Source: Callorhinchus milii
Taxonomy: Eukaryota
Length of the DNA stretch: 64,000 nucleotides
Assembly: GCF_018977255.1 (NCBI RefSeq)
Contig: NW_024704742.1
Span: forward strand, 76,324,001-76,388,000
Reading direction: 5' to 3'
Shown one piece after another: positions 52,391-64,000 of this stretch (its first letter is position 1; each line of letters opens with the position of its first letter). The position numbers and the translations under genes are program-made. Under the pieces are notes generated by a model, which did not search any database, was not told the origin of the DNA, and worked only from the letters and a program-made list of their open reading frames with translations.

Positions 52391-52869
52391 TTGTACATTC
52401 TGGATTTGCAGTTCATGCCTACAGTCACATCCCACTCTCTCCCTGGCTAGATTGTTAAAACTACATCAGTGTTAAGTACTCAATATAAATGCAAGCTTGC
52501 ATTGCTGTTGTTATGTAGCGTACATGTTATGCCTTTATAAAACCCAAACTACCTCAAGTTATTTCCATGATCTTTCAGGAGATAAAGGTTATGACTATCT
52601 CAAATGACAAAAAAGTAAAAGAGAAATTTACAGAGGTGGCAGATGTTTAGTGTTCAGGCAACTGCAAATAAAGCAGCATTAAAAACAGAATATGCAGCTA
52701 CTTATTGAATAGCAAGAGAATGTAGTCAATGCCCGGTGTCCTAAGAAATAATAGGAGTGCCAATTTGATGAATTTTGGGAGGCTACCGTACATGTGGGTC
52801 ACTATACAAACACACGTTGTTGTTGTGATGATGCAGAATGTCATGCAAAACCAAATCATAGACATAAAG

Positions 52870-53040
52870 GAATGAGAGTGTGGGGGAGAGAGGGTGTGAG
52901 ACGGGGAGTGAGAGAATAATTGAGTGAGAGAGGTAGTGTGTGCGAGACAGAGCAGAGAGAGATAGAGAGAGAAAGAGAGAGAGCGCATGAGGTCGAGTGG
53001 GGCAGAGAGAGAAACAGAGAGTGAGAGAGAGAAGTGAGGG
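52870..53040 (+). repeat. GA-rich degenerate microsatellite
   Basis: Read directly. Confidence 0.85.
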
Positions 53041-53250
53041 TAGTGTTTCATGGTTCACTGTCAGGTCAGACAATCGGAGTTTCCCTCAGCCACCGCAGGG
53101 GACAAGGACAGACATCGAGTGACATGACATGCAGATTCCTCACAGCAAGCTCCCTTTCCCCAGTGAGAAACTCCTCCATGTCCTTCATTTCCACCTACTT
53201 CTGCAACCTCCTGAACTGGCCATTCCCTTTGCCCAGCAAACACCAGCTTG

Positions 53251-54075
53251 CTTAATGTCCGCCACCCCATCAGCCCCATCATCGCCGTCCAAGGCTGCAC
53301 TCTCCACCTCTCAAAGCCAGTCAGGAACCTCGGTGTTCTGTTCGACCCTGAGCTGTCCTTTCTCCCTCATGTCCGCGCCACAACTAGCACCGCCTTCCAT
53401 CACCTCCGGAATATCACCAGACTAAGGCACTACCTCACCCCTCACGCTGCTGAAACTCTGGTCCATGCCTTTATCACCTCAAGGCTGGACTATGGGAACT
53501 CTCTCCTCGTTGGCCTTCCCGGCACCTCCCTCCACAAGCTGCAGGTCATTCAGAACTCTGTAGCTCGTGTACTGTCCCGCACCAGGCTTCGGGACCACAT
53601 CACTCCCACCCTCGCTCGCCTCCACTGGCTCCCCATCCCCCAGAGGATCGAATTCAAGATCCTCACCTACCAGGCCATTCACGGCCTTGTTCCCTCCTAC
53701 CTCTCTGACCTACTATCCCCCTACTTACCTGCCCGTACGCTCCGTTCCTCTGGCTCCGGTCTGCTTCACATCCCCCGCCCCAACCGCCCTACCATCGGTG
53801 GCCGGGCCTTCAGCCTCTCAGCCCCAGACTCTGGAACTCTATCTCCCAGTGCCTTTGCCTCCTCCCTTTCCTCCTTCAAGGTCGGTCTCAAGACCTTTCT
53901 CTTTGACCGTGCCTTCAGCTCCCCTCTCGACTTTCTACCCCCTCCTCGCTCCCTCCCTTCCCTCCCCTCACCCTGACCATTTCCCCCCTGCTCGGGTCCT
54001 GACCCAACTGTACAGCGCCTTGGGACGTCCTCCCGATGTGAAAGGCGCTCTATAAATGGAATCTTGTTGTCGTTT
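53251..54075 (+). mobile_element. Young L2 3' fragment (242-aa open remnant), inserted in an older L2 tail that continues to about 54300
   Basis: Near identity to 35070-35865. Confidence 0.92.
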
Positions 54076-55479
54076 TGCCCTCCCTCTCTGGAGTTCCATT
54101 GCTGGAGTCCCTCTGACTTGCTCGCTAGCTCCCATCTTTCAAGGCACATCAAGACCTAACTCTTTGAGCACACTTTCGATCATCTTTTGTTCTCCCCAAA
54201 CCACCTCCCTCTGCTCCCACATCCAGCTTTGGTGCCCAGCCAGCAGTGTTAAACCTTCGAGATGTCTTCCGACTTGAAAAGGTGCTATATAAATGTTATT
54301 ATGTTTATAGAGGGAAACTCAAAACTATTGCTTATGCTGCCCACGTGCGTTTCTCAAATACGACACCTTGGCCCGTGGCAGCTAAAACTTTGGAACACAA
54401 CATGGAGTTTAATCCCGCAATCTTCTGACTCAGAGGCGAGAATGCTACCAACTGAGCCAGGCACGATAGGGCACAGAAATGCTTTCATGATGTAGGGTGT
54501 ATCATATCACTCGTTTCTGTTCAAATAAATCAGTAAATACTGAGAATGATGACAAAATAAATGATTCATTATTTCCTCCAGGCTCCTGATCTTTATCATA
54601 TGGCATCGAAACCTTTTACTTTTGTTTTGTCACTTAGTTGCTTGTCACGCAGCCCCGAAGCCAGATTTAAAGGATTGAAATGCAAAACACGAATGGGGAA
54701 AAATCCACCTGGATCGTTCTTATAAGAAGTTACAGAAAACCAACTTAGGGCTATATTCAACAATTTGCCAAATTCAGTATTGAAGCCAATAGTATTTCTG
54801 TCACTCATTAAAGAGATTCATATCAATGACTCTTCAATCAGGTGCACTATATGATGCCATCTTGTATCTTTAATCATTCAGCCTATGTTGGAGGTCTTGC
54901 TGAAATACAATTCAATTTACATTTATAAAGAAGCTTTAGTGTCGAGAGGATGTCTCAAAGTGCTGTGGCTGGGCACTTAAGATGGGGGGCTGCTGAACTG
55001 AAGATGGAAAACAAAAGATGACTGAAAGTACAGCTAAAGATTTAGGTAATAACCCTTGAGATGCCATCTACTTCACAAGATTTGTTGTTGAGTATAGTTT
55101 TCGTCCACTGGATATACAATCAATTCACTTTACAGTATATTCTGTGAAGCACTTTGAGACATGTTAACAACATGATAAGGCAATACCTCAAATGCAAGGA
55201 TTATTATTATTATTTATGGTGACAGCGGATCGGGTAGGCAAACACCTATTCTAATCTCAACCACTCTTCCAGGCAATCTTTTCCAGCCGTTCATTGTCCT
55301 CTATGTAAAGAAATATAATAAGAATAATAATCTTTACATTTGATATCATGACTTTCAAGGCAAAAGGACATTTCAAAGTGGTGCACAAAATATTCTACAA
55401 GTGCAATGACTGTATTTTGTGCTGGAGCCTGCCCTAAAATTGTTTTTCACAAACTTACCTCTTTTCATATAGCTGTCTT

Positions 55480-55680
55480 CCACACACTCTCTCTCTCCCC
55501 TCTGAAACACTCTCTCTCCCCCTCGCTCAATCACTCTCTTCCCCACCTCTCTCACACACACACTCTCCCCCTCACATTCTTTCTCAATCACTCTATCCCT
55601 CTATTCTCTCCCTCTCTCTCTGTTTCTTTCTCTCCCTCTTTCCCTCACGCTCTCTCTCTTTCTCAGTCAGTCTCTATCAA
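55480..55680 (+). repeat. CT-rich degenerate microsatellite
   Basis: Read directly. Confidence 0.85.
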
Positions 55681-56019
55681 TCACTTGGCCTGGTGAATGA
55701 TTTCATCAGACCATTTCCACCTTCAGGCTGCACACTCCCTTCCAGATGACCCGTCCTCTTACGGCAGTGGCAGGAGCCGGTGGTTGGTAAGGAGACCCTC
55801 TTGCCATCCCCTCAGCTCAGGAGTGACTTCCTGATACACGGCAGCAAGGGCCGGAATTATTTTCACACCTCACACTGTGTCCTCCCAACCGTTGTCTCCT
55901 GCCACTACCATGGGAGGACGTTTGTCAGGGAGGGAGGGAGCACACTGCCCGAAGTTGGAAATGGTCTCAGGTCGGATTAGTTCATTAACCAGGCCATGTT
56001 TCTATAGATAGGGATCTAT

Positions 56020-56918
56020 GTTGACACTCAATGCAATCCTGGGGGTGTGCTGCATTGTTCAGATGAAACGTTAAATCAAGGTCCTGTCTGCTTGTGCAAT
56101 AGGATGTTAAAGATCCATTGGCACTATTCGAAAGGAAAGGGAATTTCTCTATCCCGGAGTCCTGGCCAACAATCCCTCAAATAAAACTGGTCATTTACTT
56201 GTGGCTGCTTGTGGGACATTACTATGTACAAATTGGCTGCTGTGTTTGCCCACAAAACGCAGTCACTGTAATTTACATTAAATCCCGTGAAGCACTTTGG
56301 AATATCCTCACAAAATGAAAAACGCTATAGCAAATATAAGGATTACTATTATTCTAATAATTTTCCCCTGTATACCCGGTACATTGTGGAGTCCGGTAGC
56401 TTAGTAGTTAGAGGCCACATAAGCGAGAGACTTCGGCAGGGCAAAATGTTGGGCAAGTTTTCTTACTCCACACGTCTCTGTTTACCCAGCAGTAAGTAGG
56501 AACCTGGTTGTTAGTTGATTGGAAGATCACTTTTCCAGGGATAATAAACCCTAAAAAGCAAACAAGAAAAAAATAATAATAATTTTGACATCTTTGAAAT
56601 GTCTCAAAGTGCTTCACAGAATATACTGTAAGGTGAATTGACTGTATACTTTGTGAGCAAAACGTGGCAGCCACTTGCACACAGCAGTGTCCCACAAACA
56701 GTTATGGATTGAGTGACCAATTTATTATTTTTTTGAAGGAATTATTACCCTTGGAAAAGCGATCAGCTAATCGACTAACAACCAGATTCCTACTTACTGC
56801 TAGGTAAAAAGAGGCATATGGAGTAAGGAAACTTGCCCAACTTTTTGCCCTGCCGGGAATCAAACCCAGGTCTCTCACTTGCGAGGCAAACGCTCTGACT
56901 ACTGAGCTACAGGACTCC
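56020..56918. mobile_element. SINE cluster: Deu-type (+, about 56020-56352), tRNA-headed partial (+, 56386-56570), tRNA-headed full (-, 56575-56918)
   Basis: Similarity to other copies. Confidence 0.82.
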
Positions 56919-57763
56919 ATGATCCCCAGAGTAGAGGAATGAGTTATGACTTGAGACAAGCTAAGGCTCTACAGTCTTGAGAGAAAATGACTCAGAGGGG
57001 TCTTCATAGAGGTGAATAAAATTTTGAAAGGACTGAAAAAGTAAACCCAGATTAGTACTTTCAAGACAATAGAGCAAGAGGGCATAGGTTAAGCTTTGCA
57101 AAGAACAATTTCAGGACAGATACCAGGATGTTTTTCTTTAATCAGAGGATAATGAACATCTGAAACAGGTGGCCAGGAAGGGTGGTTGAGGTCAGGACAC
57201 TGGATTCATAAAAAAACAGTCTTTCACAGCTAAAAACAAAAACATCTTTTCAATCTTGTGATCATTCCTTGTGTTATTTAAGGAATGTTTGATGACTACC
57301 AGCAGGTGGAGTTTGTATCTCCTTTATATATATATACAGTAAACCTCACACAATTTGTATCAGTTGAGACCATACATTTAATATGACTTATGCAATGTAT
57401 GAGTTATGTTAAACTTACATAATTAGTATCATTTATGACTTATGTGAAGTTATGTAAAAGTCAGATTTTATATGACTTACGCATAACAAATATGAACTGA
57501 ATTGGCTGGTGACATTAAGACAAGGTTCCTGTAGCATGTTTAACCCAGGCATATTAAAGCTATGGTAGCCCATTCTTACTTCAATGCAGAAAATGTGTAC
57601 TGTCCAATGAATGGCACAACCAAGCAGGTTTCAAAATAACTGTTTTAATAGAATATAAACTCTTGTCAAAACCTCATCTTCCATACTTGTTCACTGTTCT
57701 GTACTGCGAATGAGATCCTTCGGCATTGCAGCTGTTATGTGCACATGGCAGGTCGGGACTTAG

Positions 57764-58090
57764 GTGGAGTCCTGTAGCTCAGTGGTTAGAGCACTCGCTT
57801 TGCAAGCGAGAGACCTGAGTTCAATTCCAGACAGGGCGAAACCTTGGGCAAGTTTCCTTACTCCACACAGAGCCTAATAATAATCCCTCCAAAAAACAAA
57901 AACAATAATAAATTGGTCATTTTCAATCCACGTCTGTTTGTGGGACACTGCTGTGCGCAATTGGCTGCCGTGTTCGCCCACAAATATACAGTCAATTCAC
58001 TTTACAGTATATTCTGTGAAGCGTTTTGGGACGTCCTCCCGACGTGAAAAGCGCTATATCAAATGCAAGGATTATTATTATTATTATTAT
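57764..58090 (+). mobile_element. Young full-length tRNA-headed SINE
   Basis: Near-identical to 28498-28813. Confidence 0.93.
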
Positions 58091-58524
58091 AGGTTCCCGC
58101 GATTGTCTCACATGGAGCACTTTGTTTGCTGTTTCAAGACCGATAAGTGCACAGGTGGTGAAGGATCCCCTTCACTCTCCACATGATCAGACATTGCTCG
58201 CCCTCTCCATGTGATCAGGTGATGCTTTTTCCTCTCTCAGGGCCCCCCCCACCCCGCCTGTTCCATGTCGAAGACGTTGATGTTACTGTCCCAGGAGGGA
58301 GGGTACGAAGAGTGTCAGGGTGAGAATGTGCAGTGTTCTGTTTGAGGTAGGTGCGGTAAACTAATTTTGACCTGGCAGCTAGTAAGTGCTGTAGCGGGGT
58401 TGTGAATTGCACGATTGCTAATACGACTAGTGCAGATAAATTTAAGTGGATCTTGGGCAGATGTACGATGTAGGCAATTAAGTGATTTATACAGATCAGA
58501 CTTATGCAAGTTTTATTGTAATAT

Positions 58525-60070
58525 ATAATAATCTTGCTTTTGATATAACGTCATTGAGGCATCACAAAGCACTTCACAGGATACACTGTGAACTAATGTA
58601 ACTGTATGTATTTTGTATTTTGTGAATGAACAGAGTAGCTAATTTGCACGCAGCAATGTCCCATAGACAGCTCTGAAGTGAATAACCAATTTAATCTGGG
58701 GGTAGTTGGCCAGAAGAATCTCCCTTCTCCTTTTGATTAGTGCCATAGGATTTTAAAGTCCACTTGGATAGGCAGAAGGACCTCAGTTTACGTCTCACCC
58801 GAAGGACGGCATCTCCAACAATGCAGCACACCCATTGCACTCTATTGGAGTGTCAGCTTAGACTATATGTGCTCCAAGTCCCAATGTAGGGCTTGAGCCC
58901 ACAACCTTCTGGTTCAGAGGCGAGCCTACTGTCAAATGAGCTAGGCTGACACAACCTCTCACTCTCTTACCTCTAGGTAAGTTAAATGGATCTCTTCTGG
59001 CAAACCTAATGCCACTTTTTAAAATATAATTCATTGTCACTGAGATGATTTTTAACTGAATTTTCTCAGGGGAACCTTTGAGCTGATAGTCAAGGCTAAT
59101 ACTCCCGTGTAATGATGGTAGAATGCTGCATTGTCAGAGGTGCAGTCCTTCAAATGAGACATTCAAATGAGATCTCACCTGCCTGTTTGGGTGGAAATTA
59201 ATGATTTTTTTCAAAAGAATAGGGAGTTTCTCCTAGTATCCTGACCAGTGATGCCCAGGTAAAATGGATCATTCACATCATGGCTGTTTATGGGACATTG
59301 CTCTACACAAACTGGCTGTCACATTCATCTATCAGTGCACAATAACTATATTCTGCATTATATCCTGTGAAGTGCTTTGAGGTACGCTCTATCAAATGTA
59401 AAGATTATTATTATTATAATGTTATTCCTTTCTAACAGAAATAATAGGGTTGTTTGACCCATGATGCTGGCTTTCTTAGCTGTGTATCCCGATAGATAAC
59501 TCTGCCTGGGGTCTTTTCCCTTTCCTAGCTCAAGGTGGATTAAATTTCCCACTGCGACCTAAATTGAAGTGTTATTGTTGTGACTCTTGAGGGACAGTCC
59601 AATGCAATGCTTTAGATATGCTGCATTGTTGGAGGTGCTGTCCTTCAGATGAGATATTAAACTGCAATGTCCTCCAGATATGAAAGACATAATATTAAAG
59701 CACTTCACAAGAATTACTGTTAGATGTTGTGACTAATTATTTTGCAGGCAAATGCTGCAAGCAATTTGTGCATAGCAACGTCATGCAATCAGACATGACC
59801 AATTTTGGCTGGGGGTTCATTGGCCAAGACTCCAGGATATATTTCCTTTCCTTTTCAAATAGCATCACAGGATTCTTTTCGTCAGCCTGAACAGACAGAT
59901 GGGATTGTAGTTTAATATCTCATCTGAAGGACAGCACCTCCAACAATGCAGCATATCTAAAGCATTGCATTGGAGTGTCAGCCTTGTCTATGTGTGTTCA
60001 GACTCCTGATATGGGGGTTAAACCACCAAACATCTGACTCAGGAGTGTGAGTGCTATCAGCTGAGCTACC
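58525..60070. mobile_element. Cluster of older Deu-type SINEs in both orientations (about 58525-58950 -, 59085-59418 +, 59690-60070 -)
   Basis: Shared Deu core and tRNA-like heads. Confidence 0.75.
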
Positions 60071-60734
60071 CTTTTACTGGCACATACAGAGTTTGACCCC
60101 TATGGGATAAAGCTTGTGGTATTCAATAATAATATATAATTGTAAATTGTATTTTGTATTTATTTATTGTAATTATGTGATGTTGATCCTCTACAGGAAT
60201 AAAATGGGCTGTAGTTGCAATATTATGTGCAGCATTGGTTACAGTGTGAAGGACTGGGGAACTAAACACTGACAAAAATGAGAACATTTTCTATGCATGA
60301 GAACCTTATTTGTTCTAATAATATTAATACTTGCATTTGATAGAGCGCCTTATCACGTCTTCGAGACATCTCAGTATATTCACAGAATATACTGTTAAAT
60401 GAACTGACTGTGTATTTTGTGAGTGAAATGTGGCAGCCAATTGCCCACAGCTGTGTCCCACAAACAGTCTTGGATTGAGTGACCAAATTAATATTATTAT
60501 TTTTTCTTTCTTTTTTTCACATCTGGAGGACAGAAGTTCTTTCAGCAGTTTGGGGGTTCTACGCTTAACACAATTAAATAAACCTGAAGAAATGCTTTAA
60601 CATTGTTATTTTTCTATTTTTCTTGACTACTGAAATGGAACATTATGACCTTTACGAACCACTATTGCTCTTTCCAGGCACCAAGAATTGCCTTCCTCTA
60701 TTTGAGTGGAATTATCACCCATTTAGAATACAAT

Positions 60735-61170
60735 ACAAATTAAAATTTATGTAGCACCTTCCATGTCAGTGGGACATCCCAAGGCAAAACACCCCAGGAT
60801 TTTGCACCTGAGCAGGGGTTGAGGATGATGAATGGGGGCAAAGAGAGTTAGGGGGGGAAAGATGACCAGAAGCACAGTCAAAGAGGAAGGCATGGAGGAC
60901 TGTGAAAGAGGCAAGGGAAGGGTCGAGGCCAAAAGACTCTGGGGGCAGATATGGTGCAAGCCCGACCACCGATGGTGGGGTGGGGGAAGATGAATCAGGC
61001 GGGTGTCAGCCGAGTGGAGTTGTTAATGTTTGAGGAGGTCGTAAAAATAGGTTGAAGCAAAAGCATGGGGGGATTTAAATATTAGGTCAAGGATCTCGAA
61101 CTTGATCCGCTTGGGTATGGGAAGCCAGTGGAGCTGAACGAGGATAGGGGTGATAGGCTTGTGGGCAATA
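60735..61170 (-). mobile_element. Degenerate L2 3' fragment
   Basis: Antisense tail and LHWLP-region remnant. Confidence 0.72.
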
Positions 61171-61961
61171 GAATGAGGCAAGGCATTGGGATAAAAAGAT
61201 CTGCCAATATCTAATAAAGTTGTGAAACAGGTTCAATGAATGACCTCCTCCTGTTCCTATGATCTCATTCCTATCACACTTATCTGATTGTAAATATCTC
61301 AATGTTATCCTAACCAAGCAACTTAATTAAAAATTACTGCAGCTAAAATAAAATGTAAGCTTTTCATCAAGGGATTTTCTTCCATACAATTTTATTCCAG
61401 CAAAAGACCACACAGAAAACGACTCTTCAGAAGAGTCACTGGTACATACCTTGAGGTTTCTAAGATGACTGAAGGAGGCGGTACACATCAAGAAGGATGT
61501 GTAGCAGCCAGTAGCTCCCTCACTCAGACTTGTCTGTACATTATTCTAATCAATTTAAAAGAAATGATGCTTGTTCTTCCCTTTCCTTAAGAATATTACT
61601 CACTTTGAACTTCTTGACTCTCCTCTTACTCAGTCTTCATAGATGTCCTCATTCTTAATCACTAGACCACAGAGGTTCATGTGACTGGAGTTCAAAATGA
61701 AGAACCAACTAGGTAGACTTTCACATTTAAGTGCAGACCAACCTGATTTGACTGCTTCTGGGGTACTGTATAGTCCTTGGCATCAAGTAAATAACGGAAG
61801 AGATACACAAACATGCTGACGGCTTAACAGTCATCGGTAATGCAAGGATTGTTATTATTACATATCAAGTTACTGTTCATTTACACTTTCACTGATGGCT
61901 GCCAATCTTTGACCTACAGAACTCATACTCTGACTCACACATCATTGCCTCATCCTTGGGT

Positions 61962-62180
61962 ATCATAGAATCATAGAATTCCACAGGACAGAAGGAGGCC
62001 ATTCGTCCCATCGTGTCTGTACCCGCTCTTTGAAAAGAGCTATCCAAATCAATCCCACTCCCCTCGCTCTCCCCATAGCCCTGAAAAGTTGTCTTCTCCA
62101 AATAGTTGTTATCGAATCGGTTTCCACCCTCCTTTCAGGCAATGCATTCCAGATCCGAACAACTCGCTGTGTGAAAAGAC
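61962..62180 (-). mobile_element. CR1 3' end
   Basis: Tandem ATCATAGA tail and FTQRVVRIWNALP remnant. Confidence 0.85.
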
Positions 62181-62939
62181 AGTTCCAGGGTAGTTCCGTT
62201 ACAATATCCGAACATAACGTTTTGAGGCCCAGCTCTGCTCCCTTCTGAGAATTCCTACCTATTGATGACAGTTTGTCTCCACCTTTGGTCTGGACTCTGA
62301 CACTTTCTCTCGCTTCCCTGGGACTTGTCCAGCCATGTTGGGGCGATGAATCTGCATCACTTCCAGTGCTCTCTTGTACTTGTGGCACAGTACTCTAGCA
62401 CCCCCTCACCCCCCCCCCAAAAAAAAAATATTCAGCTATCTCACTCCTGGGAGATTTGGATGCAAACCCTAGGCTGTCCAGCACCCTGAGATTCCTCCTG
62501 ACCGGAAAGGTATACTGTACATGTAAACTTGTGTGGCACTGTACTGTAATGGACTGTTGACTTATGAGCTCCACGTTGTATATCAGGACCTACCACCCCC
62601 CACCCCCACCCCCCACAATTAAAGATTTCTTGATCCCCCCAACCTTAAGGCAAGATCTTGTGATATTTATTCTCCAGCCTCGTCGCTTGGTGTCATTCCC
62701 ATCCTGTTCTAACCGCTGTTCCAGCCCCTCAGCTCCCGTTCAGAAAGTTCTCTGTGAAGTGCTGTGACTGTGCGTCGGTGGGAAAGTTGTAATGTACGGC
62801 ATAACATTGGCCATCATTTCGGTGTGTGTGTGTGTGTGTGTGAGTGTGTGGATAAGACAATCTCATTCATAAAAGCTGTGAAGCCTCGCCTTGAACTGTA
62901 GGTGTACTGTTCGCCCGCACTGCTGGGACTGATCTTTGG

Positions 62940-63207
62940 AATGACACGTCTCGTTGGGGCTCACGTTGCCCTCAGGGAATACTTGGGATGCAATAAAAAG
63001 CAATTAGCGGTCAGAGCGGTGAGTCCATCAGCGGGAGAGCACTCCAGCCGACGTGTCTGTGCCGGTCTCCTCGGCCCGGGATAGCACGTCCCACTGATGC
63101 TTGGAGGGTGAGTCAGTGCGAGGGCGGGCCGGACCGGCCGGGCAGGGCTGGGCTGGGCTGGGCTGGGCTGGGCAGGGCTGGGCTGCCAGGCGGTGAGGGA
63201 GTATAAA
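62940..63207 (+). promoter_or_regulatory. Promoter of the third EGF-family gene: GACACGTC motifs (62943-62950 and inverted 63050-63057), AP-1 TGAGTCA (63109-63115), GC box (63122-63127), (GGGCT)n, TATAAA (63202-63207)
   Basis: Motifs read directly in a CpG/GC-rich island preceding a signal-peptide-like exon. Confidence 0.7.
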
Positions 63208-63228
63208 GGAGCGAGAGAGCAAACTCTC

Positions 63229-63284
63229 TCACACACACACATAGCTGCGCCTCCACACCCAACTGCTCACTCACTCAGTCACTA

Positions 63285-63316
<32 letters not shown>

Positions 63317-63350
63317 AAACTCACTCACTCACTCACTCAGTCACTCACTC
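63229..63350 (+). repeat. (CA)n and (CACT)n microsatellites in the putative 5' UTR
   Basis: Read directly between the TATA box and the ATG. Confidence 0.9.
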
Positions 63351-63429
63351 AGCAAAGCAGCACAAGGACTCACATAAGGCAGCGCTGAGGCATTGGGGCC
63401 ACTCTGAGCAGTGATTTACTCTTCAGATA

Positions 63430-63475
63430 ATGCGGAAGGTGTACACTTCGCCTCTACTGTTACTCATAGCTGCAG
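63430..63475 (+). CDS. AREG: Probable amphiregulin exon 1: signal peptide start MRKVYTSPLLLLIAA(G)
   Basis: ATG about 225 nt after TATAAA, hydrophobic leader, phase-1 donor G|gtaat. Identity rests mainly on the EPGN-EREG-AREG synteny, since only 15 codons are visible. Confidence 0.65.
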
Positions 63476-64000
63476 GTAATGCATTCCTCTCCATTACTGT
63501 TCTTTGTCGTTACGGGTAAAAGAAACGTTAATTATTTAGAGTTAAGACTTTATTATTAATTAGAATGAAGGGCCACACATGCATTCTGTTGGCAGGTGGC
63601 AATCAAAGGGAATAGTTTGTGCTAAACTATGGTTACTGTCATCCGGTTAACTATGAATGTTTGTAATTCTAGACATAGGGAAGACTTTTTTTCCTTTTGT
63701 CAAACTTTTTTCAAAAATTAGAAATTTATTGCTCCTCTTCAATTTTAGTCGTTAACTTTTGTCTTAACTTTTTCTTGTATAAGTCGGTTTAAGGCACTCC
63801 CCTTTGTGAGGGGCACTACATAAATGCAAGTTGTTGTTGCCTTTCTAATGGTAGAATTTTAGATCAGCATCCAGGTTAAAAAAAACAAAATCATAGGGTT
63901 TTGTTCTTGGTTTAAAAAGGTCATTTCAAATTGGCCTGTTCAGTCGGTTCTGGATAAATGTTGACTTGAATTTTAAATGTTGTTATTTTGCTATGACAGC

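Noticed and set aside
53248..53976. 242-aa ORF, and other 100-200-aa ORFs at 13001, 13968, 15736, 24881, 35028 and 44224, as host genes or a novel RT system
   Set aside because: All are truncated or frameshifted L2/CR1 ORF2 remnants with several copies in the window and no promoter or splice structure.
55690..55990. GC-rich unique patch as an extra exon or gene
   Set aside because: No recognisable protein similarity or consistent splice pair. At most regulatory, and not supportable from sequence alone.
62961..63242. Minus-strand ORFs with PSPAQ repeats
   Set aside because: Artefact of translating the (GGGCT)n promoter repeat.

Overview
Vertebrate nuclear DNA, not prokaryotic. The repeat content (tRNA-headed SINEs with Deu-type cores, abundant L2 and CR1 LINEs) suggests a cartilaginous fish, possibly a chimaera; this is inference. 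The window holds part of the EGFR-ligand gene cluster in the same order and orientation as in mammals. It contains the last two coding exons of epigen (EPGN; 733-885, 2087-2141), a complete five-exon epiregulin gene (EREG; 19302-41285, 159 aa, all splice phases consistent), and the promoter plus first coding exon of a probable amphiregulin (AREG; 63430-63475). Most of the rest is nested LINE/SINE debris, which explains nearly all long ORFs in the ORF track. The main finding is in the last EREG exon: an in-frame antisense L2/SINE 3'-tail insertion now supplies the C-terminal residues (TTTTTNCV) and the stop codon, while the apparent ancestral tail (NENCLLSI*) is stranded in frame just downstream. 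Other findings are a shared AATGACACGTC promoter motif in EREG and AREG, tandem hairpins in EREG intron 1, a 71-bp inverted duplication upstream of AREG, a minisatellite with dyad-symmetric units, an unclassified ancient repeat family, and L2/SINE insertions at sites matching their own tails. Repeat boundaries were placed by eye and are approximate.
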